A stretch of DNA of 63,902 bases, filler included, from Octopus bimaculoides (lineage: Eukaryota), in assembly GCF_001194135.2 (NCBI RefSeq). It is 4 parts of 4 records of this genome, joined end to end, with 100 filler letters (N's around TTAATTAATTAA, not from the genome) between each part and the next. Parts side by side here need not be neighbours in the genome. Positions count along the whole stretch, not along the records: positions 32,173 to 61,993 come from NC_068984.1; positions 62,094 to 63,902 come from NC_068986.1; 2 more parts are not named here. One strand, given 5' to 3'. Positions 51,121 to 63,902 of this stretch are shown piece by piece (within the stretch, counting starts at the first letter, position 1; each line of letters starts with the position of its first letter). The translations under genes were made by a program, and so were the position numbers. The notes beneath the pieces were generated by a model. That model made no database searches. It had not been told where the DNA came from and saw nothing but the letters and a program-made list of their open reading frames with translations.

Positions 51121-52203
51121 AATATTTGTAGAGAAAACAAGTTTTCGAAATCAGTTGAAAAGACTGAATTTTATTAATATATTTAAGTATTTTTTTTATT
51201 AATTATTTTTATCTTCTACACAGAATTAACATTTTTTTCTCATATAATTCGTTCTTTCATTTTTATATTATCCTAAATATGTTTTATTTCGATTTTATAT
51301 ATTTATATTTGGCTTTCACGTTTTTTTCCTCTTTGTGTGTGTATGCGTCTGTCTGTCTGTCTGTCTATCTGTCTGTCTGTCTGTATGTATGTATGTATCT
51401 ATCTATCTATCTACACACACACATATATACATAAATACAAGTATATATGCCATATATCTAAATATGATATATGTATTTTACGTGTATACACAAATGGTAT
51501 ATACATAAATGCAATATGAAAGCACACAAATATAACATATTTCTCTGTTTATATGCATACAATATCTCATAGATATAAGTATTCATATGTGTCCATAAAG
51601 TCATATATGTTGTGGACATATAGATATATATTAATCTGTGATGTACTTACACACACAGACACACACAGATATACACACATGGTATTTTCTCTCGTCACTT
51701 CTTACACTTGCTCCAAACAAGCTCCCTTAGACCCTTTTCTATTATTCCTTTGTTTCAACCCAAACTAATGTAAACCTTTCATATGTAAAGACACTTGTAA
51801 GTGATTACTTTTCATCCGAAAATGCCTCGATATCTGTGTAACGATGAACTTGTTCCTTCACTCTGGTTTTCTTTATATAAATGTATTGGCGATAATTGAC
51901 AGGGAGCTAAAATTAGCATTGGTCTCTTTCTGTCTCTCAGGTTCCCCATTCCTGCTCACCATTCTTTCTCTTTCTTCTGTTGGTGTTTGTCTATCAAATG
52001 GATTATTTAATTCTTTGTTTGTTTGTTTGTTTCTTTGTTAGTTTGCTTGCTAGTTGCAGAATCATCCTAGAAATCCTCCTAAATAAATTTGCCTCTCACT
52101 CTTTTGGTATTATTAAATTAGAATATCTGCATGATTAACTATGGGGAAACCGAACAAAATCTCTCTCTATATGTAAATGTTTACACGTGATTTTGTGTGT
52201 CTG

Positions 52204-52254
<51 letters not shown>

Positions 52255-52329
52255 ATATATATGTTTATGTATATACACATATATATAATTATGTATGTAT
52301 CAGTGTGTGTGTGTGCCTGCGTGTATATA

Positions 52330-52369
<40 letters not shown>

Positions 52370-52703
52370 TATAGATATATAGATATATATACACACACAC
52401 ACAAAATCACATAGAAATCTATATTCCGAAATACGTTGATAGAATCTCTGTGTGTATATGACTATGTAGATATGTGCTTTGTATACACACACACACATAT
52501 AGATACATACATATACGCATGCGTACATAAACACATACATAGAAATATTTCTTAGCATAGTGCTCAATACATTTTTCTGTCGTAGTCACAGAGTGCTTAA
52601 TGCCTCAACCAGAGCTATTATATAAATTTAATTTAATATACTTATACGTATAAAATTTGTGGCTGCGTACTTGTTTGTGTGCATACATACATACCTACCT
52701 ACC

Positions 52704-52741
<38 letters not shown>

Positions 52742-52747
52742 TATACA

Positions 52748-52916
52748 GGCGCAGGAGTGACTGTGTGGTAAAAAGCTTACTTGTCAACCACATGGTCCCG
52801 GGATCAGTCCTACTGCGTAGCATCTTGATCACGTGTCTTCTACTATAACCTCGGACTAACCAAAACCTTGTGAGTGGATTTGGTAGACGGGAACTGAAAG
52901 AAGCCCGTCGTATATG

Positions 52917-52949
<33 letters not shown>

Positions 52950-53402
52950 TATTTCTTTACTACCCACAAGGGGCTACACACAGAGGGGACAAACAAGGAG
53001 AGACAAACACGGATTAAGTCGATTATATCGACCCCAGTGCGTAACTGGTACTTATTTAATCGACCCCGAAAGGATGAAAGGCAAAGTCGACCTCGGCGGA
53101 ATTTGAACTCAGAACGTGGCGGCAGACGAAATACGGCTAAGCATTTCGCCCGATGTGCTAACGTTTCTGCCAGCTCGCCGTGTGTGTTTGTTTGTGTGTA
53201 TGTCTGTGTTTGTCTCCCCATCATCACTTGACAATCGGTGTTGGTGTGTTAACGCCCCCGTAATCTATCAGTTTGGCAAAAGAGACCGATAAAATAAGTA
53301 CTAGGTTTACAAAGAATAAGTCCTGGGATCGATTTGTTCGACTAAAGGCGGTGCTCCAGGATGGCCGCAGTCAAATGATTGAAACAAGTAAAAGAATAAA
53401 AG
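52748..53402 (+). mobile_element. SINE family C split by an antisense family B1 SINE
   Basis: C 5' half at 52748-52912 and C 3' half at 53195-53402. Confidence 0.88.
52950..53180 (-). mobile_element. SINE family B1 inserted in the internal microsatellite of a C SINE
   Basis: Full reverse-complement B1 copy flanked by (GT)n. Confidence 0.92.
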
Positions 53403-53407
53403 AATAC

Positions 53408-53438
<31 letters not shown>

Positions 53439-53630
53439 TATGCACAGTAGATTAAATTTATAATTTAGCCCTGTTCAATGCATCGACCATTTCCTCACTA
53501 TTCTACTGCCATGTCACCTATTGTTTAACTGGATTTATTCCCTATCATAACAGCATTCCTATTTAGTTTCTAAGTCTATATTTTCCTCTCGCATTCACTA
53601 TTTCTCTTCTATTTTTCTCCCTACCTCTGA

Positions 53631-54739
<1,109 letters not shown>

Positions 54740-55084
54740 ATACATCTACATTGAGTAGTATATAAAGACTGTTATTCGATACACACACAAACATATTTAA
54801 ATACTGACATAAATAATAAAAATAATTAAGTCAGAATTTGACCACTACAAACAAATCAACTTGTAACTGCTGAGGCAAATTACTAATGATGAATAAAATG
54901 GGTAAGTATACTAGAATTCAACCAGTAATGCAAGCAATAACACTAACGCCAAATATATTCAAATCAATTCTCGATAATGAGACTGTGAAGTTCTAGAAAT
55001 ATCACATATGCATTTAGGAACGCTACCCTTCCAAATCAACTGCAAAAAGTTAATAAGAAAGTATGATAAACAAAGTTAAAATTT

Positions 55085-55460
55085 GAACATAGTAGCGTGT
55101 GTGGCAAGAAACTTGCTTCCCAATCACATGGTACCAGGTTCAGTCCCACTGTGTGACACCTTGGGCAAATGACTTCTACTATACTCTCGGGCGGACCAAA
55201 GCATTGTAAGTGGATTTGGTTGATGGAAACTGATAGAAGCTCATCGTACACACACACACACACACACACATACACACATGCGTATGTGTACGTATGTGTG
55301 TATGTATCTGTGTTTGTCCTCCACCGGTGTTGGTGTGTTTACGTCCCCGCAACTTAGCACTGCTTTAAAAGAAATAAGTTACGGGATTGATTTGTTCGAC
55401 TAAAAATCTTCAAGGCGTTGCCCCAGTATGGTTGTAGTCTAATGACTGAAAGAAGTAAAC
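55085..55460 (+). mobile_element. SINE family C
   Basis: Both halves present, with a (CA)/(TG) spacer. Confidence 0.82.
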
Positions 55461-55982
55461 GATATATATATATATATATATATANNNNNNNNNNNNNNNN
55501 NNNNNNNNNNNNNNNNNNNNNNNNNNNNNNNNNNNNNNNNNNNNNNNNNNNNNNNNNNNNNNNNNNNNNNNNNNNNNNNNNNNNNNNNNNNNNNNNNNNN
55601 NNNNNNNNNNNNNNNNNNNNNNNNNNNNNNNNNNNNNNNNNNNNNNNNNNNNNNNNNNNNNNNNNNNNNNNNNNNNNNNNNNNNNNNNNNNNNNNNNNNN
55701 NNNNNNNNNNNNNNNNNNNNNNNNNNNNNNNNNNNNNNNNNNNNNNNNNNNNNNNNNNNNNNNNNNNNNNNNNNNNNNNNNNNNNNNNNNNNNNNNNNNN
55801 NNNNNNNNNNNNNNNNNNNNNNNNNNNNNNNNNNNNNNNNNNNNNNNNNNNNNNNNNNNNNNNNNNNNNNNNNNNNNNNNNNNNNNNNNNNNNNNNNNNN
55901 NNNNNNNNNNNNNNNNNNNNNNNNNNNNNNNNNNNNNNNNNNNNNNNNNNNNNNNNNNNNNNNNNNNNNNNNNNNNNNNNNN

Positions 55983-56274
55983 GATGTTACTGTTGCTTTT
56001 AGCCCCAGGATGACCAAGGTCATCAGCTGTCGAACGCCGACGAAGGGAAATAACCCTGAAATCCGGATACGTTCGTGCTGCTGGTCGAGGTGAGAGGGAT
56101 AACTCCCTTGGCAAACAGGACACAGTCGTGTGTCGATAAGCCAGCTGGAGGAGATGTCCTCCTGGGGCTAAAAGCAACAGTAACATCCACCCCTAGGGGT
56201 CAGCCACACTTAAGTGGCAATATACTACACTTTATCGTGCAGTTACTGTTAATACTTCATTTAGAGAATTAACA
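55983..56274 (+). mobile_element. Hammerhead-bearing short element with a 5' fold-back
   Basis: Homologous to 35684-35943 and ends gagaattaaca..(TA)n. 55983-56010 is the exact reverse complement of 56160-56187. Confidence 0.8.
56024..56080 (+). ncRNA. Type I hammerhead ribozyme, covariant copy with U4C core change
   Basis: CAGC-tgt-CGAACG CCGACGA AGGG-AAATAA-CCCT GAAA TCCGG ATA CGTTCG-t-GCTG. Confidence 0.8.
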
Positions 56275-56279
56275 TTGCT

Positions 56280-56326
<47 letters not shown>

Positions 56327-56787
56327 TTATATACTCACACACACACACATACACATGATATAACATTTGCTAACGTAGATTTTGATAATTTTTAAAGATT
56401 CTTTTATTAACTGTTATTTATATCATTTGATTACATTTTTAGTTTTCTTTTTCAATTTTTAATTCCTTGTTTTTTTATTAATCTCTTTCATCTTTTCTTT
56501 TATTTTTCGTTATAAATATATTATTTCATTCGTAGCTTATACTAGTTTTGTCATATAGTCTCTCTTATATGTCAGTTTCTCTTATAAAGTGATTCACTAT
56601 CCATGTAAAAAGGAAAACCTTTTCTGAGCATCACAATCACCTTTTTTTTCAATCATCGTTCAGCATCAAAGTTTTCTTCCCTTAAAGATGAAACACTTTT
56701 AATATCTATTATTTTCTTTGTATATTAGTTGTTGCTTGCTTTTGAATTTGGTTTGTAAGACAAATCGCAATCAATCAATACTTTCCA

Positions 56788-58041
56788 TTGGGTTGGCCAA
56801 AACATCCGTTCGGCTTTTGTCGACACTAAACTTCAATTACTTTAATAAGCAGCTTACTTCAGTCTGTCTCTGACACATGCGCAGTCGCAACACTTTAAGG
56901 TAGTCTGATGCGAACTTGCGACAAGACAGGTTGTATTTTGTGTGCTTGGGATCACCCTGAAAAATAAAGAACTAAAACAAACATTATCGACACCTCGTGA
57001 TATTTTTTATTTAAAAAAAATTAACAAGAAAGAAGCAGAAACCTGTCGGAAAGTATGCGCTGTGTACCAAAAGGACGCCGTTACGGTACGAGTGTACCGA
57101 AAGTAGTTTTCACCATTTTGATTGGGAAATTTTTAGATTCAAGATGCACCTCGCACTGGCAGGTCAACTGAGATTAATAGCGAGAAAATTAAAGAGCTAG
57201 TCGATACCAACTCCCGTTATGCAATCAGAATGATCACAGATATTCTCCAAATATCCAAATCGTCTGCATCAACTTGTTACGTCAGCAGGCTTTATGCCTG
57301 TGTCCCACATGAATTGTTTGCGTCTAACCTTGCCGAACGGTTTTTCTATTTGCGATTTGTTGCGGAAACGTGAAGAAAATTATCCTTTTATGAAGAGAAT
57401 GGTGACGGAATGAAAAATAGACCCTGTATAACAACGTGATGTACAAATGATCATGGGGGAGGGGAGTGTAGCGAACCATCACAAAAAGCTTCTAAAGTAG
57501 GACTTCTCCCGAAGAAGATCATGTTCGGAATTTGGTGGGATTGGAAGGGTGTGTCCTTTATGAGCTTCTTCACACGGACAAGGCCATGAATTCGGATGTA
57601 TATTATGACCAGCTGGACAATTAAATGTAGCGATCTACCATAAGTGTCTAGCACTATCTGATCGTAAGAGCATAGTTTTTCATTTACGTCAATGCCAGAC
57701 TACACGCTTATTTGCAGATGCTGCAAAAGCTACTGAGACTTCACACGGAAGTTTTGCCGCCTTCTCCATATTCACCCAGAATTGTACCTGTTTCGGTATC
57801 TCCAAAATTCAATAAATATACAGACCTTCAACTCTGAAGAGAATGTAAAAGTTCACCTGGAAGAGTTTTTCGCCATTAAAGACGGCAAATTTTTTTGAGC
57901 AGGGAATAATGGAACTGCCCACAAGATGGCAGTAAGTAGTGGAATGAAACAGTAATTATATCGGTGTCTGATGATAAATCGTCTTGTGTTTAAGACTTGT
58001 CTTAATTTTGCTTAAAAGACTTAGACTTTTGACAAACCCAC
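56788..58041 (+). mobile_element. Full-length decayed mariner (DD34D-type) transposon
   Basis: TIR remnants ttgggttggccaaaa / ttttgacaaacccac. Frameshifted transposase: HYRHLVIFF..KK..AETCRKVCAVY..DAVTVR, DAPRTGR, VPHEL, KRMVT, PKKIMFGIWWDWKG, PYSP, FFEQGIMELPTRWQ. Confidence 0.9.
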
Positions 58042-58734
58042 TGATAGATCTGGTCTTTATTTTCTATTAATTAGCATGCCAAATCATGATTAGAAATAAA
58101 TTTTGTTGTATTTTGGAAAAGGAAGTTATGTCAAAAAAGAAACACACGCGCTGATTGGTTATATTCCACGACTTTCTTGTTTTTTTACTAGTCAACTAGT
58201 TAACCATTTAAGTAATTAACTAATCGAAAGATTGATTAAAAGCTATGCTGAGAAATATCTGTATGTACTTCAGCTATGCTGAGAAATATCTGTATACTGA
58301 GAAATATGTGCCATTAATAAGTTAGCGGGGTAACTTATAAATGAAAGAACAATGAAGTACCTACCAGAATGAATAATTAGTCAAACGTATTAATCAAACA
58401 ATCGATTGGTTAACTGGTTGACTCATAATAATAACAGAAATAATATAGAAACAGTACGTGTGTTAATATTGACATAATGACTCCCAAGATACAAAATGTT
58501 ATATTTTAATTTTATATTAAGCACATTTCTAAATTTCTGCATTTCACTCGATATTGCACTACCTAAGGGTCAAACTCAGCGAAGACTGTAAATTTTGATA
58601 TAATAAGCATATTTACATCTATACACTCTACGCAAAGTATTTAGAAGTTCTATTCAGGATAAGGCGTACGATGTGTATACACTATGTACTATATGCATAC
58701 TATCACACACACATATATATATATATATATCTGT

Positions 58735-58942
58735 ATATTTATTCTTTTATTTGTTTCAGTTATTTCACCGCGGCCATGCTGGAGCACCACCTTCAGTCGA
58801 ACAAATCGACCTCATGACTTATTCTTTGTGAGCCTACTACTTATTCTATCGTTCGCTTTTGCCGAACCGCTAAGTTATGGGGACATAAATACACCAACAT
58901 CGGTTGTCAAGTGATCGTGGGTGTACAAACACAGAAACACAA

Positions 58943-58979
<37 letters not shown>

Positions 58980-59152
58980 TATATACAGTGCGCGTATTCT
59001 TTCTTGACATAACTTCCTTTCCAAAATACAACAAAATCCACTCACAAGGCTTTGGTCGGTCCGAGGCTATAATAGAAGACACTTGCCCAAGTGGGACTGA
59101 ACCCGGAACCATGTGGCTGGTAAGCAAGTTACTTACCACACAGACACTCCTG
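58735..59152 (-). mobile_element. SINE family C
   Basis: Both halves on the minus strand with a (CA)n spacer. Confidence 0.88.
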
Positions 59153-59251
59153 TGCATATATATAAATAAATAAAGATATCATTATTATTATTATTAACAA
59201 ATGATAACAACAATAATATAAGTGGGCGGCAAGCATTGTTGTTATTATTTA

Positions 59252-59290
<39 letters not shown>

Positions 59291-59537
59291 TCTTTACTTA
59301 TTTAAGTATAACTATACACAGATATCGTTTGAATTTGGCGCTGGTCTTTCAACNNNNNNNNNNNNNNNNNNNNNNNNNNNNNNNNNNNNNNNNNNNNNNN
59401 NNNNNNNNNNNNNNNNNNNNNNNNNNNNNNNNNNNNNNNNNNNNNNNNNNNNNNNNNNNNNNNNNNNNNNNNNNNNNNNNNNNNNNNNNNNNNNNNNNNN
59501 NNNNNNNNNNNNNNNNNNNNNNNNNNNNNNNNNNNNN

Positions 59538-59584
<47 letters not shown>

Positions 59585-59680
59585 ACACACACACATATGC
59601 ATACATATACATGTAACTCCCAATAAATTGGTTGAGTGCCCTTCATTCGTTTGTCCACTCACTCGTATATAGAATAATAC

Positions 59681-59721
<41 letters not shown>

Positions 59722-60029
59722 TAAAACTCCGTTGAACGATAAATTGCTGATGTAATCTCAAAATGTACATGTAGAGTGTTCTTTAATACATAATAAACAA
59801 AAATTACACGTTTCCGATCATTCAGCTGGTGATCTTGAGTATATTTTGAAATATTATGAAGTTATGAAGAAAGAGCGTATTTTTGTGTTCTTTTTAGAAT
59901 ATGTTGGTCGGGAATTAGTTTTCCAGTGTTCTTTCACCTGTTCGCATCCTTCAATTATGGACATCTGAAGAGAAAAAAAAAAGGGATGTCCTCGATGATT
60001 ATGGTTTGTGGTTTAAGTACAAAATTAGC

Positions 60030-60215
60030 AAATTCTAAGAGATGGGTTTAGTCAATATCATAGACCCTAGGCCTTGACTTTTATTTTACATATCGACCTT
60101 TGAATGGTGGAAGGCAAAGTTGACCTCAGCCAGGGCTTGAACTCAGAATATAAAATCACTGGACCAAATATTGAAAAGCATTTTCTTTAACGATCTAACA
60201 ATTTTCTCAGCTCAC
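60030..60215 (-). mobile_element. Family B SINE, degenerate
   Basis: tatcgacc.ttgaatggtggaaggcaaagttgacctcagccagggcttgaactcagaa. Confidence 0.65.
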
Positions 60216-60329
60216 AATCTTCTCTATTTTAATGATAATGAAGACAACAATTACGATAACAGTGATGATTGATATCTGCTAAGAACCTTCATATCTTAAT
60301 GTACCACATTAGTATTATATCAATGTATA

Positions 60330-61680
<1,351 letters not shown>

Positions 61681-61950
61681 ACTATATCAACATATACAAA
61701 AATATATTACTAACTCAATATTCTACTAAATTTTAAACTCTGATTTGAACATACAACGTCAGGAGTTATCAAAAATATATGAAATTTAATTTTCAAATAA
61801 AAAACAATTTCATAAGCAAAATGGTCTGTGTTATTGCATGTTCATATTTGATATATTTTTGTTGCATTTCAAAGTATGTAAATACATAATATATGATATA
61901 TAATGTATTTAATGTATCATATAACATAATATAATGCAATATGATATATA

Positions 61951-61993
<43 letters not shown>

Positions 61994-62093
61994 NNNNNNN
62001 NNNNNNNNNNNNNNNNNNNNNNNNNNNNNNNNNNNNNTTAATTAATTAANNNNNNNNNNNNNNNNNNNNNNNNNNNNNNNNNNNNNNNNNNNN

Positions 62094-62132
<39 letters not shown>

Positions 62133-62139
62133 ATATAGG

Positions 62140-62596
62140 TTTGTGTGTCTGTGTTTGTCCCCCAAACATCACTTGATAACCGATGGTGGTGTGTTTACAT
62201 CCCCGTAACTTAGCGGTGCGGCAAAAGACACCGATAGAATAAGTACTAGGCTTACAAAGCATAAGTCCTGGGGTCAACCTGCTCGATTAAAGGCGGTGCT
62301 CCAGCATGGCCGCAGTCAAATGACTGAAACAAGTAAAAGAGAAAAGAGTAAAAGAGTATACTTTTAGTTTTTCCTTCTTTTAATCAATTTATCATTACAT
62401 GCTCAAATAACTTGACAACTAATGTTGGTGTGCCTAGTCCATGTAACTTAGTGGCTCAGCAAAAGAGACCAATAGAATAAGTACCAGGCTTTACGAAAAA
62501 CTGATAAGTACTAGGGTCAATTGATTCGACTAACTTTCTTCAAGGCGGTGCCCGAGTATGGCTGCAGTCTAATGACTGAAGCAAGTAAAAGATAAA
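62140..62596 (+). mobile_element. Two family C 3' halves
   Basis: 62140-62352 and 62415-62596 both match gtgtgttta..cccgtaacttagcgg...gactgaa.caagtaaaaga. Confidence 0.85.
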
Positions 62597-63296
62597 AGAT
62601 AGATATGTGTTTACTGTGTGGGTTTAAGCGGGAGATGAATATGCTGAACTGAGAGAAAAACAACAACAACAAAAAAATAAACGNNNNNNNNNNGTCCAAA
62701 GAAAGAAATCCAGCACTGTTCATTGTTACCATTTATTGATATAAGATCTGATAATCAGTTAAAATGAAAGAAAACAATTTTTTTTTATTAAATCACTGGG
62801 GAAATAAGGAACCACATTACAACTGTAAGTGTACCCCAGGAATGCAAATAAAATGCCTATCTCTCAGAAATCCATTGTCAAGAGATTAAGAGTTGCTGTC
62901 TTGAGATCTCCATCTGTTTTTACTGATAGCAATATCTGAGAATTCTTTACCTCAACAACAATTATCTACGGCACACCCTTTCCTATGTTGTCATCAACCA
63001 GGCAGGTTTGACAAAATTCAGAATATCTGTAAGATGCCAAAATAAACTCAAATGCTATGGGACTTTATAATGTACTCCTGTGGGACAGAAAAAAATATAT
63101 CCTGTGTGATCATATATTTAGTACTTGCTCTTGTGCACGTTTTGACTGGAACAGTATCCAACCTTTGCTTCTGAGATTGTGAGTAATAAATAAAACAATG
63201 CACAACAATGTATAACATAATATACTTATATGAATACACACAAGCACACATACACACACACACACACACTCATAAACTCACTAAGACATACATGCA

Positions 63297-63346
<50 letters not shown>

Positions 63347-63436
63347 AAGAAAGGTATGTATTTATTTATCGACTGAAGTTGATTGGTATTCTATCCCATT
63401 CATCACTTCAAGTTTATTGAAACATTATCCCTTATA

Positions 63437-63596
63437 TATCATCATCATCATCATCATCATCATTTAATGCCTGTTTCCCATGCCGGCATGGGTTAGATAG
63501 TTTGATTGGATCTGGTAAGCCAGAGAGTTGTACCAAGCTCTAGTTATCTGTTTTGGCTTGGTTTCTATGGGCTGGATGCTCTTCCTAATGCCAACA
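63437..63596 (-). mobile_element. RTE 3' tail fragment
   Basis: (CAT)n-catttaatgcctgtttcccatgccggcatgggtt...ggatgctcttcctaatgccaac. Confidence 0.8.
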
Positions 63597-63870
63597 TATA
63601 TATATATCTGCTAATTACTCCGGCAGGAGCTATTCGGATAGAATGGAGCATGCCAATGCTAGGCCGAAACAGCTGTAAGTTTCTGTTTATTCTCAAATTC
63701 CTAATGTACTTTATATTTGTAACCTCGATTGTTAATATAGCTTGGTATATCATAAGCATTTGTATATTGTGGTTTTTGTCATTTTAGTTACAAAATAAGT
63801 TAATTAATTCAACGGAATACACTGTCTGCAAGTCGATGGGTACCGCATATTCTCCTCCATTTTCTAATTG

Positions 63871-63902
<32 letters not shown>

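Noticed and set aside
59803-59830. Minus-strand CTGAATGATCGGAAACGTGTA, resembling a minimal hammerhead
   Set aside because: The core spacing is wrong and no stems form; at best a decayed PLE remnant.
63122-63178. 57-nt AG...GTGAGT-bounded segment with one open frame (TCSCARFDWNSIQPLLLR)
   Set aside because: The acceptor is weak and the segment is too short to distinguish from chance; the same applies to candidates near 13376, 34459 and 42371.

Overview
AT-rich, microsatellite-saturated eukaryotic scaffold with many N gaps. It is most likely Octopus or another cephalopod, inferred from composition and SINE families. No complete protein-coding gene is visible, only one plausible internal exon (2724-2842, +). 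Most long entries in the ORF track are microsatellite or N-gap artefacts. The window is dominated by three tRNA-headed SINE families (called A, B and C here). It also holds remnants of L1/Tx1, RTE and R4/Dong non-LTR retrotransposons, a maT-type Tc1/mariner deletion derivative, a decayed full-length mariner and several MITEs. The most notable signals are: (1) a family of short, non-coding, highly structured elements in (TA)n tracts that carry type I hammerhead ribozymes with compensatory base changes between copies (35067-35111, 35684-35742, 40216-40264, 56024-56080); (2) an old inverted duplication with ~480-bp arms whose 87-bp perfect core straddles TTAA and piggyBac-type TIRs, so that the empty site would be a palindrome centred on TTAA (9531-12616); (3) a shared 3' tail linking SINE B1 to an L1/Tx1-type LINE; (4) a SINE trimer formed by in-register nesting inside one TSD (50505-51135). 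Boundaries of decayed repeats are approximate and were read by eye; no database search was possible.
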